Below are positions 46,001 through 54,915 of a stretch of DNA of 64,000 nt, piece by piece; within the stretch, counting starts at the first letter, position 1, and each line of letters begins with the position of its first letter. A program made the translations under genes and the position numbers. The stretch covers positions 11,204 through 75,203 of IMG/VR virus record IMGVR_UViG_3300002461_001194. One strand, written 5' to 3'. The stretch comes from a virus. The notes beneath the pieces are model-generated. The model did no database searches. It worked only from the letters and a program-made list of their open reading frames with translations, and had not been told where the DNA came from.

Positions 46001-49000
46001 TCCAGACCAAGATCACGTCTTTCGATCAGATCGAGAAGGCGGCAGAGTTCATGCTGTCGCAGGGGTATCGCATCGTAAAGATCGATACCGCGAAGATGCT
46101 TCAGCCGAAAGAGTGGGGATGGCGGTTTGCCGGGTTCGATCTCAGAGCACCGAACGGGCAGTTGGTCGAATGGTACATCATCTTCGATCAGATGTACGTC
46201 GCCAAAAAGAAAGGCCACCTCCTGTTCGAGAAGTGGCGGAACTCGACGGAAGCGGAGCGGACTGAAAAGCAGGATGAGTACGAAGCCGATATCGCCAGCA
46301 GCTACCGCCTCTATACTGACTCGTTTGAGGCGGGGCTGCGTAACTCCGGCTACTCAGGACTAGACGACGCTCGTGCCGACATCAGCAGGCTTTCGGCTTC
46401 CTTGCCGGAGATGGCGGCGAAGTTCTCGGCGACATCGTCGGCCGCGGGCGGAACATACTCGCCCTTGGGGAGCCAAGCACCGTCCGCTGCGGGCCGGAAC
46501 TTGGAAGCGCCGGGATCTGGGTCGATGACCCAGCAACGACCGGAATCCCGGTCAAGCAGTACCACTGGTTCGTCCATTTCTGATACCTCCTCCACTAAGG
46601 GACGTGGGGTTTCAAGCAGCGAAGACAATGCGACAAGTGGTCGCGCTACTGCCAGTGTACAGAAATTCGCCGATTCCGTCGATGCTCTGAAGCGCAAACT
46701 CGACATCAAAACCCGTCCTGTCCGGGATACCTCTGACGTCACCGACATCTCCATGTCTATTCGCTCGGTAGAAAGCCGAGCACTGACACTGGTAGAGCAG
46801 GTCAATGCCGTCCAGCGTGGCTCGCGGATCAAGGTTGTTGCGGAGCATGTGGCGGGTTTCACGGCCGACGCGAACGCCATTGCCGAGGTCGTCGAACAAA
46901 AAGCCGAGGTCGATCTTTCCGATGCGACAATCGCTGATCTTGAAGCCTATCAGGCCGCTCTGTCGGAACTTGGACAGATCGTCGAGAACCGCTCACAGGT
47001 TGGCTACAAGCTCGCGGACGACGTCCAGAATGTTCGCGACCAGTTGCAGGTTCGTTTGGAAGGACTGTCGGATCAACTGACGGCCATTGCTGATGAAGCC
47101 GACTCCAAAATCTATGACATCAGCGACCTTGGCGAAGCAATCGCGGAGCGCATTGAAGAGCTGCGCGGCGATACCGAAGTCGTAGACGATGGCGATAACA
47201 CAGAGACAATCCTAAGCCGTCCGTCCGCGATCAAGCAAGAGACTGACCGTGTTCCCGATGATCCAGAAAGTTCGGCGGTCGACTTCCTGTCGGACATGAA
47301 GCGCTCGCACGCCGTCGTGCTTGCCACGATGACGCAGCGTGCGGACGCCTTGTTGAAGGTGGACGTGGCCACGCTGGATGAGGCCGCGCTTGACCGCCTA
47401 TCGGAAGAGGTCGGCAATGTTGGGGGCGAACTGGTTGCGCTCAAGGATTGGGCCAACCGCTTTGCTGAACTTGCCGCCACGAAGGGTGACGAAGCCTACA
47501 ACGTCGTTGACACGATCCACGACGAGGAATTGACGCCAGCCAATGACAGGCTGGATGATGCCCGAGACACCATCGCTAGGACGCTGGAAGAGGTTGACGA
47601 ACTGATCATCGACGCCCGCGAAATGGAAACGGGCGATGTTATCGAGATCGACGGCGGCGAGTACGGCCCAACGATGGTCCGCGACCGAATTAGTGCGTGG
47701 CGCGACTGGATGAGCAAGTATGGCTCGCCGCCAAACGAACAGACTGAGCGGGTTGCACAGAGCCTCGCCAAGTTTGAAGCCGCCCTCAAGGAATACGAAG
47801 GCCCGGCCGCTCCCCCTGCTGACTCCTACGCGATCCGCACGCTTCAATCTATTGATGACCCAGTTGTTAAAGGCCATTACGAAGCCCTAGCAAGGTCAGG
47901 AACGGCAGTTGAACCAGCCCTAGGGGCAATAGCTTCAGATCGACGTTTGGACGCTGGTGAGCGCCAGCAGCTTGCGGAGCTGTATGTTGGAGAGCCTGTA
48001 TCGGGTGATCCGGTAGAGGCAATCCGTTCAGCAGCAGAACGCCGTGGCAATGACCTCACATCAGCCCTCCTTCACGGATTCTCACCGGAAGTCTCGCCAA
48101 GCAATCTGAGGGTGCGGGATTTCGACGCTCAGATGCTTGAGACGGCATTCCAGCGCTTGGCCGAACGGCTACCGAATGATGCCCTTCTCGCCGTGCGCGA
48201 CGCGCTCCGGCTCGATGTCGGCGACGAGATTGCAGCGCTGGAAGGCGCGGCTCTGTCCGCAAAGGCCGCCCGTGTCGAGTTCGGCATAAACGCTGGCGCG
48301 GCAAAGAAGGTGATCGCGATATCGCTTGAGTATGGCCCTGACACGGCTCTTCGCACCTTCACGCACGAGGAAATCCACCTCCTTCGCGGCATGGGCATCC
48401 TCAAGGGCAAGGACTGGGAAGCCCTCGCTGGCATCGCCAAGCGCCGTCCGAAGAAGGCGGAAGCCACCCGCATCCTTGATGGTCTGATTGCCGATGGCAA
48501 GATCAGTCAGGAGTCCTACGATACCCTGATCGGTCAGGCGGGAAAGCTCACCTATCGCGAACTCTATGAGGTGGACTCGCGTTACGGTGACTTCGTCAAA
48601 TTCAACGAAGACAAGCTGATCGAGGAAACCGTTGCCCACGCAGCAGCGGATTGGGCAGATGGCCGTCAGTTCGCCGCCCCGATCGAGCGCGTGTTCATGA
48701 AGATCAGGGATTTCCTTGAGGCGATCCAGAATGCTCTAAACGGTCTCGGCTTCCGTTCTGCCAATGACATCTTTGAGTCCATCTGGGCTGGTGAGTTTGT
48801 CAGGAAGTTTGAGGAAGCTGAAGCCAAGCGCGCTGAAGGCATCGAGTCCACCCGTGAATGGATGGGGGAGAATGGCGTCATTGCGATGGCTGTCGGGCCA
48901 CGGCCTGCGATCGGCGAAGTCTGGGGCACGAAGTTCCAGACGTTGATGTCGGAACAGTACCAGATTGCCGTCGCTGGCGAAGACCTCGCAACGCAGTACG

Positions 49001-52000
49001 ACATCCTGTCGGCGAAATACAACAACGCGCTGAGCGATCCGCCAGAGATGCGCGAGGCGATGAAAGCCGAGATTGATCGGCTTCGTCCAATCGTGGAGGC
49101 GCAAGAGGCTGAACTTCGCGCCGATTTGAAGCGACGCTTCTCGAATGATGATGGCAGCGCCCCGCCCATGATCATGGCTGCCTTTGCCGGAGAACGTGCA
49201 ACTACCGCAGACCTTAACGCCCTCAATGCAGCAAAAGAGATGGATGCTGCAGGAGAACCGCGTGAGGACATCTGGAAGCAGACGGGATGGTTCAAGGGCG
49301 TAGATGGCCGCTGGCGGTTTGAGATCGACGACAGCAAGAGCAAACTCCGTGCGTTCGGCCCTGACTTCTCTTTGCTTCAGGTAGAGCTTACCCACGAGGA
49401 ACTGTTCAAAGCCTATCCTCAGATGGCAGAGGTGGAGTTCGATCGGATTCCAGGCAACGGCGGCAGCTTCACGCCTGGCGGCATCTTGCCGTCAACGATG
49501 GAGATTGGTAAAGCGGCCAAGAACCGCCGCTCTGTCACGCTGCACGAAAGCCAGCACGGCTTGCAGGATATCGAAGGCTTTGCTCGAGGCGGAAGCCCGC
49601 GCTATGTCACGCCAGATGAAATCCGCGCGGAACAGCAGCGCATTCGCTCTACGCCAATGGTCGGCAATGGCTGGACGGAAATCGACAATCGCGATCCGGA
49701 CGACGAGGCATCAATTCGTCATGCTCTGTATCAGCGCCTGTCTGGCGAGGTGGAAGCGCGCACGGTCGAAAAGCGCCTTTCCCTCACCCCACAACAGCGC
49801 GCAAACAGAGCCCCATGGCTAGACTACGACGTTCCTGAATCACAGCAGATCGTCAGAATGCCTGATGGCAGTGGGCAGGCGATGGCGTCCATCCGGGATT
49901 GGATTCCGGGGCTGCGGAAGACGGCGGATGCCGTCGCAACCGACTATCGCCAGATTGCCACCGATAAGCCCGTAGAGACGGTCGGCGGTTTCGAGGTCCG
50001 ACGCACGCTGGCATCCAAGCGCGGCGGCATCAATTACGAAATCTACGAGGGCGAGACCCGCCTTGGCGATCTGATGATCGACGCACCGCGGCATCTTCAG
50101 CCCAAGTTTGCGGACATGATGTTCGCCAGTAACTTCGATCGATTGGAGCGTAAGCAGCCGATCGCGGGCACCGTGACGCGCATTGACGTCAACGAAGATC
50201 GTCACGGGCAGGGCATCGGCACGATCATGCTGGACGTTGCGGAAGCAGACTTGCGCTCGGCGGGCGCCATTCTGCACCCTGGCGACACCAGCATGACGGA
50301 AGACTTCATCCGTCTCTACGCCAAGCGCGATCCTGCAATCCTTCAAGACTCGTTCGACCGCATGGGCCTCGACAAGTACGACGATCGCGCTCTTATGCTG
50401 GACCACGCATTGCGCGAGCGCAGCCGTCGAGCCCCCCCCGACATCAGCGCTTCCTTCCGCGACTGGCTCCCGTCTCGCGGCCCAACCCCTCCACAAGCCA
50501 CAGAGCAGGGAGACTCCCCAGGCCTCAACAAGATCATCTCCGATCTGAAAACGTCGCTCGGGATGACGGTCAACCAGGGCCTATGGGGCACCACGCTGCG
50601 TCAGGGCAAGCGCACCATGCGCATCCGCCCGCCGTCCAATATAACCGGGCAGTATGATCGGGAAACGGGCAACATCTCCATCCGCCAATCCCGCGATATC
50701 AAGACGCTCGCGCATGAGGGCGGGCATCTGCTCGAAACCCTGCTCGGCAACGAACTCGCCACGCTCAAGGCGCAGCGCGCGCAGGAATTGACCGGCCGCC
50801 CCGTTGCATCGGGCTCGGAGATTTCCGAGGCGTTCGCCGACTGGTTCCGGTCCTACGTGCTCGATCGTGCCGCGGCCGAAAAGCAGGCGCCTACCTTCGC
50901 CCGAGAGTTCGACGATCTGCTCGAGGCGGAGCGCCCCGATCTCTTGGTCGGCCTGCAAGAGGTCTCCGACCAGTACCAGACCTACGTCAAGTCGGCGCCG
51001 CTGGATCAGGTTACGGCCGATATGGTTACGGACTACGAGAGCGGCTTCGTCAAGGAGATCATGGAACACCCGAACGGTGTTCCTGATGCCCTGATGAACA
51101 CGGTGTCCGGTTGGCTGTCGACAAGCTATTCAGGCTTGGTCGACGCTCTGCATCCGATCCAGATGGCAGTGCGGCGCTTGCTCGATATAGCAGAACGCAA
51201 CGGCATGGTGGATGCCGACGGCAGGCCGCTTTCCATCAAAGATGCTGAAGACCCCTACAAGATCATTCGCATGTTCGCGGGTGCCTACAATCGCGGGCGG
51301 GTGTGGCTCGAGAAGGGCGTCTCTGACCTATCGACCGGGCGCATCATCGGGCCCAGCCTCAAGGATGCCCTGGAAAAGGCGCTCGGCGGGCGCACATGGA
51401 GCAAGAAGCGCTTCAAGGAGTTCAACTCCTACCTGGTCGCACTCCGGGCCATCGAGGAATACAACGCGCTCGAAAATCGTGATCTCACCATCGCGAAGCA
51501 CGACTCCCTGCTTCAGCGTATGGGTGAAGCGCGCACGACGCTCTCCGCCAAGTCGCAGCAGGAACAGGCCACACTTGACCGTCGTGAGGACGCTCTGACC
51601 CGTGCGCAGGCCATGTTGCGCGACCGGCGCCGGATGCTGCGCCGGATCGAAACCAGCCTTGAGAACACCCAAGAACGCCTTGATGGCTTGCGTAACGATC
51701 TCGCGCAGGCGGACGCCGATACCGCGCCGCGCCGCCGTCGGTCGGTTCAGATCGCCGAACGCGACCAGCAGCGGCTGCTGCGAGAGGCTGAGGCGTTGGT
51801 CGAGGAGGTGGCAGAACTCGACATTGAGATCGGCCTTCTCGAGCCGGAGATCGCGCAGCGCCGTGACGGCGTGCAGCGCCTCCGTGACCAGCGCACCCAG
51901 CTTGATGCGATGGAAGCCAACGTCCAACGCGAGCGGAAGTTCACGGAAGCCAGGCCCAAGAACCCGCCAACGAAGGAAGACAAGGGCACGCACGAGCGCA

Positions 52001-54846
52001 TCATCAATGAGCTCGGCACGCCTGAGTTCCAAGAAGCCGCCCGCATGGTGCACGAGTTCGCGTTTTCGCTGCTGACCGTCCAACACCAGGCCGGTTTCTG
52101 GACGGACGAGCAGTTCGCAGCCCTGTCGAAGCGCAAGGATTGGTACGTGCCCTTCCAGCGCGATATGTCGGACGTCGAAGGCGCCGCCGCGAAATACGCT
52201 GGCTCCATGGCGTGGACGAAAGCGAAGAAGTACAAGGGCTCAGATCGCGCCATCATCACCCCGATGGCCATCCTTTCGCAGGATGCCTACCGGACGGCGC
52301 AGCGCATTGCCTTCAACAACTTCGTCAAGGCGTTGGTCCAACTCTCTGAGCGGGTTGGGCCGGGCGGTGGCGCCATTGCTGAGCGTCTCGAGCGCGAGAT
52401 CGGGCAACTCGACCCGTCACAGCAGAACTTTGATCGCCTCGTCGAGATCGGTATCAGGTCCGGGCTCAATACGATCGACGCCCAAATGCTGGCGCAGCGG
52501 GCCGAACTCAACCTTTCGTCAAAGGACATCATCAAGGTTCTCGTCTCACCGGAAAACCTCGGTCCTGGCGAAAAAGCATCGCTGCCTCTGTGGGAGAGGG
52601 GCGAGCGCATCACCGTGCGCCTGCCCGATGCCCAGTTGGGTTACGACATGGCCAATGCCATCAACGCGATTGGCATGGACAACCAAGACCTCTGGACGAG
52701 CATATTCGGCAAGGCTGCCAACATGCTCCGCGTCGGCGTCACGACGTCGTTCGACTTCATCGGCGCCAACATCTTCCGTGATATGTGGGCCGCTTGGAAG
52801 GTGACCGGCGCCGCGCCGATCCTCACCCACATTCGCGGCGCCAATATCCTGCTGGGTAGGGGCGACGTGGGAGGCGTCCCGGCCGCCGACTTCCAACGGC
52901 AGTACAACGAGATGGGTGGTATCGCAGGCGGCATCAATATCAATGCTCAGTCCGCTACGCAGCAGCGCGACGTGCGTGATCTGCTCGGGACCGAGATCAA
53001 GTTCAAATCCGTACTCGGCGGCACGATCGTTGGCGGCGCATTCGGTGCTGGCTTGGTCGGCATTCTTGGCGGTGCCGCAGGTCTCCTTCTCGGCGGCCCC
53101 GTCGGCGGCTTGGTCGGACTGGCAGCAGCCAAGACGACTGGTTTTGCTGTTGGCGGCGCGATCGGTGGCTACGCTGGCCGGCATGGCGAAGTGTTCAAGA
53201 TGGTCGAGTCTGCGGAAACTGCGGCCCGCCTCGGTGTCGCAGCCCACGCCTACAAGCGCATCATCGCCTATGATCCGTCGCTGTCGCAGTCCGAAGCGAT
53301 GTTTCAGGCCGTGTTCGACACGCGCGACTATCTCGACTGGAGCCGCCGTGGGTCCAAGACGTTTGCCGTCGCGCGCGCGATACCGTTCTGGTTGTCCGCA
53401 GTCAACGGATTGACTAAGACGCTTCAGCAGGGCGTGGCGTGGGGCCCACGGGGCAGCGGCGTTGCCAGACAGATCGTGCGCACCGATAGCGCCAAGGCCC
53501 TCAAGGGCGTCCTGGAGCGGCGCCTGGGCATCGTCTGGAAGCATCAGACCGGCGACATCTTGTCGAAAGACGAAGAGGCGGAGCTTTCCGAGTCGTACAA
53601 GTCCTATGCCCGGTGGGCCGGCCTGACGATGATCACCGTGATGATGATCTTGGCTGGCATGTCGTCAATGGGTGACGATGAGGATGACGTTCGCGACGAA
53701 GCGAAGTTCAAGGAGCGCTTCATCCGCATCAACGGCGTGGACGTTCGTCTGCCGGGCGTCTTTGAATTGGACATGCCGGCCATCGCTTTGCGCATTATCT
53801 ATGATGCGCAGACGGGGGGCGACGATCGTTGGGTTCGCCGCCTCGGTCGGGCTGCGTTCGAGCTCGTCGCGCCTCCGATGGGGATCACGGCTATTGATGC
53901 GCTGACTGGCGTTGCCTTCAATTCCAGGATTGGCGGGCGTCCGATCGTTGGTCCGTACCTCGCCAACAAGCCGCCGCAAGATCAGTTCGACGCCTACACG
54001 AGTCAGGTATCTAGGGACTTCGCCAAGGCGATGGCCGATGCGGGCGTGCCGCAGGCCATGATCCTGCCTCCGAAGAAACTCGACCATCTCATGACCACGT
54101 TGGGCGGTTCATGGGGCCGCGATTCCATGGGCTTCTACGAGGATGCGAAGCGGGCGGCCGACCTCAATGATGGTCCGGCCAAGAAAGCGACGGATATTCC
54201 GGTTGTGCGGCGCTTCACGACCGACTCGGCTCGGCTCTCTAGGTCGGTTCAAGAGTTCTGGAATATGGCCACAGGCGCTGGCGGCGAGATGACCGTTGCT
54301 GCTACGGGCTACAGGGATCGCGTAGAGGGCGAGCGGCCAGCCGATGCGGATATCTGGCTGTCTCGTCTCGACAAGGATCAGAAGGTTTGGGCTCTCACGC
54401 AGTACCACGGGTCCAAGTCGGATAAGCGCGAGCATCCGTTGACGCGCCTTGATAGCTCCATGGATGCGATTCGAAGCGTGCAAGATGACATCATCCTGGA
54501 CAGGCTCGCACCGAAGGAGCGTCAAGGCCGCCGCAAGGTGCGCGACTTCTCTCAGGAAATCCATCTAACGCCGGAGAAGAAGCGTGAGATCGTGGACATC
54601 CTCACGCGCGCTCAGCAGATCGAAGCCCGCAACACGATGATCCTGCTCGAGCGTCCAGGATTCAAGCACATGCAGATCAAAGACCCGAAGCTGATCTGGG
54701 ACGAGTTGAAGGCTTCGAGCCCGTTGGTCTACGAACACATGCAGGACGTCCAGCAGAACAAAAAGATAGAGGACTGGCCGTCCGTCCAGCGTGAATGGCC
54801 CCGCTACAGAGAACGCGTCCTGAAGCAGGGCGTCGAAGCCTTCTGA
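43045..54846 (+). CDS. Giant polyvalent ejection protein (gp16-like, 3933 aa)
   Basis: RelA/SpoT-like region about 45820-46340; HEEIH 48364; LPD23-like region with HESQH 49543; GNAT-like region about 50170-50330; HEGGH 50713; coiled coil; LPD38-like C-terminus. Confidence 0.9.
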   Translation: MVDKDIDFAAQLDALDEQDTPAEQPLSGFGFAKETPAAPMDFGLPESTKRLIDTSVGDVESERQRQSAIDKQREILDRYKEKFQRDKEEKFGPQHPEVKPEDDFWGGEFFRSVGRAGVGTKDMLGATMRQSATSLRLEGGAANEALAGPLEQRGQQYSDEAERITRQLPKARIDDFTKIRTESISAFARDVNDYVQQGVGQVIGYYAPIAVGYGVAGVPGLFLGSTVLGVGEVRKTLEEEGITDPKLLESYGWTAGMTVAALDALVPAELLTAPVKKGLQKYALTRIARTMAEIGVKEAVTETMQEMVQITAAASAAGIQVGEDRASEELFNMGKALYEKRWQVANAAALGFIGGKTLAAPGAIQAEIAGRKADRLKGFSDAAKPLAESGATIEPDTRTIAPSQEGPTPRLKPGEGAVRGPVESEPAIADAEQFLRDLETETPSAPGETATDRPAGPSAEPGPSAAAETMAPAPVPTFQDIAPLLKLDKDGVPDFAPVFDALAATGKRGFNELTDQEKVGLLQQLRGETPAAPKEAAQAAKPAPTTPEGWIEFATAKSQEYADLARRMSMGEMTREEAEAAVAAAKRDWQAIDRARTRGIIEADETRGRPHSGAVETAYNDLRTEFDVASQSRRGFKASPKPATAAPEAVSAPEAATVAPAQGAAPAAPVTQTGQSADVTRNAPRSLTEAIQQAAPQIEEVARAAVQAIAAPAQETAAAPSAPAIDDAVRSRFSEVLASKERRSNWAKAAGISEDQAQALIAEAVSDGRLTMRKGQPVRTGKAKQVSSPQAEVARAATSVPMGRAAEVRLERIQNDIAYKHAATLLGAGTNTRLRNVALKKLAEDKKATRVVLDEVHLALTGKPSKSMRKKGDVIEALRKAEIAQATPAPVAVPVVEEESVPLQDIVNPIDRNAPVADQLRQIAELKAQSKPALDGQLKAMDAQIGTTSNSNIKKPETIVSKASRPSILATKPWHTIAHIRDTLRFQTKITSFDQIEKAAEFMLSQGYRIVKIDTAKMLQPKEWGWRFAGFDLRAPNGQLVEWYIIFDQMYVAKKKGHLLFEKWRNSTEAERTEKQDEYEADIASSYRLYTDSFEAGLRNSGYSGLDDARADISRLSASLPEMAAKFSATSSAAGGTYSPLGSQAPSAAGRNLEAPGSGSMTQQRPESRSSSTTGSSISDTSSTKGRGVSSSEDNATSGRATASVQKFADSVDALKRKLDIKTRPVRDTSDVTDISMSIRSVESRALTLVEQVNAVQRGSRIKVVAEHVAGFTADANAIAEVVEQKAEVDLSDATIADLEAYQAALSELGQIVENRSQVGYKLADDVQNVRDQLQVRLEGLSDQLTAIADEADSKIYDISDLGEAIAERIEELRGDTEVVDDGDNTETILSRPSAIKQETDRVPDDPESSAVDFLSDMKRSHAVVLATMTQRADALLKVDVATLDEAALDRLSEEVGNVGGELVALKDWANRFAELAATKGDEAYNVVDTIHDEELTPANDRLDDARDTIARTLEEVDELIIDAREMETGDVIEIDGGEYGPTMVRDRISAWRDWMSKYGSPPNEQTERVAQSLAKFEAALKEYEGPAAPPADSYAIRTLQSIDDPVVKGHYEALARSGTAVEPALGAIASDRRLDAGERQQLAELYVGEPVSGDPVEAIRSAAERRGNDLTSALLHGFSPEVSPSNLRVRDFDAQMLETAFQRLAERLPNDALLAVRDALRLDVGDEIAALEGAALSAKAARVEFGINAGAAKKVIAISLEYGPDTALRTFTHEEIHLLRGMGILKGKDWEALAGIAKRRPKKAEATRILDGLIADGKISQESYDTLIGQAGKLTYRELYEVDSRYGDFVKFNEDKLIEETVAHAAADWADGRQFAAPIERVFMKIRDFLEAIQNALNGLGFRSANDIFESIWAGEFVRKFEEAEAKRAEGIESTREWMGENGVIAMAVGPRPAIGEVWGTKFQTLMSEQYQIAVAGEDLATQYDILSAKYNNALSDPPEMREAMKAEIDRLRPIVEAQEAELRADLKRRFSNDDGSAPPMIMAAFAGERATTADLNALNAAKEMDAAGEPREDIWKQTGWFKGVDGRWRFEIDDSKSKLRAFGPDFSLLQVELTHEELFKAYPQMAEVEFDRIPGNGGSFTPGGILPSTMEIGKAAKNRRSVTLHESQHGLQDIEGFARGGSPRYVTPDEIRAEQQRIRSTPMVGNGWTEIDNRDPDDEASIRHALYQRLSGEVEARTVEKRLSLTPQQRANRAPWLDYDVPESQQIVRMPDGSGQAMASIRDWIPGLRKTADAVATDYRQIATDKPVETVGGFEVRRTLASKRGGINYEIYEGETRLGDLMIDAPRHLQPKFADMMFASNFDRLERKQPIAGTVTRIDVNEDRHGQGIGTIMLDVAEADLRSAGAILHPGDTSMTEDFIRLYAKRDPAILQDSFDRMGLDKYDDRALMLDHALRERSRRAPPDISASFRDWLPSRGPTPPQATEQGDSPGLNKIISDLKTSLGMTVNQGLWGTTLRQGKRTMRIRPPSNITGQYDRETGNISIRQSRDIKTLAHEGGHLLETLLGNELATLKAQRAQELTGRPVASGSEISEAFADWFRSYVLDRAAAEKQAPTFAREFDDLLEAERPDLLVGLQEVSDQYQTYVKSAPLDQVTADMVTDYESGFVKEIMEHPNGVPDALMNTVSGWLSTSYSGLVDALHPIQMAVRRLLDIAERNGMVDADGRPLSIKDAEDPYKIIRMFAGAYNRGRVWLEKGVSDLSTGRIIGPSLKDALEKALGGRTWSKKRFKEFNSYLVALRAIEEYNALENRDLTIAKHDSLLQRMGEARTTLSAKSQQEQATLDRREDALTRAQAMLRDRRRMLRRIETSLENTQERLDGLRNDLAQADADTAPRRRRSVQIAERDQQRLLREAEALVEEVAELDIEIGLLEPEIAQRRDGVQRLRDQRTQLDAMEANVQRERKFTEARPKNPPTKEDKGTHERIINELGTPEFQEAARMVHEFAFSLLTVQHQAGFWTDEQFAALSKRKDWYVPFQRDMSDVEGAAAKYAGSMAWTKAKKYKGSDRAIITPMAILSQDAYRTAQRIAFNNFVKALVQLSERVGPGGGAIAERLEREIGQLDPSQQNFDRLVEIGIRSGLNTIDAQMLAQRAELNLSSKDIIKVLVSPENLGPGEKASLPLWERGERITVRLPDAQLGYDMANAINAIGMDNQDLWTSIFGKAANMLRVGVTTSFDFIGANIFRDMWAAWKVTGAAPILTHIRGANILLGRGDVGGVPAADFQRQYNEMGGIAGGININAQSATQQRDVRDLLGTEIKFKSVLGGTIVGGAFGAGLVGILGGAAGLLLGGPVGGLVGLAAAKTTGFAVGGAIGGYAGRHGEVFKMVESAETAARLGVAAHAYKRIIAYDPSLSQSEAMFQAVFDTRDYLDWSRRGSKTFAVARAIPFWLSAVNGLTKTLQQGVAWGPRGSGVARQIVRTDSAKALKGVLERRLGIVWKHQTGDILSKDEEAELSESYKSYARWAGLTMITVMMILAGMSSMGDDEDDVRDEAKFKERFIRINGVDVRLPGVFELDMPAIALRIIYDAQTGGDDRWVRRLGRAAFELVAPPMGITAIDALTGVAFNSRIGGRPIVGPYLANKPPQDQFDAYTSQVSRDFAKAMADAGVPQAMILPPKKLDHLMTTLGGSWGRDSMGFYEDAKRAADLNDGPAKKATDIPVVRRFTTDSARLSRSVQEFWNMATGAGGEMTVAATGYRDRVEGERPADADIWLSRLDKDQKVWALTQYHGSKSDKREHPLTRLDSSMDAIRSVQDDIILDRLAPKERQGRRKVRDFSQEIHLTPEKKREIVDILTRAQQIEARNTMILLERPGFKHMQIKDPKLIWDELKASSPLVYEHMQDVQQNKKIEDWPSVQREWPRYRERVLKQGVEAF
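46350..46577 (-). CDS. Nested antisense 75-aa protein, candidate antitoxin/immunity protein
   Basis: GGAGGAGG SD 8 nt before ATG; TCGACG-17-(TG)TACACT promoter at 46682-46654; plus-strand protein becomes Ser-rich over this span. Confidence 0.75.
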   Translation of the reverse strand: MDEPVVLLDRDSGRCWVIDPDPGASKFRPAADGAWLPKGEYVPPAADDVAENFAAISGKEAESLLMSARASSSPE

Positions 54847-54873
54847 AACCAACACATCCCCTGAAAGCCCAAC

Positions 54874-54901
54874 GGGCGGTCCTCACAGGCCGCCCTTTTT
54901 C
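54874..54901 (+). terminator. Intrinsic terminator after the giant gene
   Basis: GGGCGGTC / GGCCGCCC plus TTTTT. Confidence 0.8.
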
Positions 54902-54915
54902 GTGGAGACACGCCT

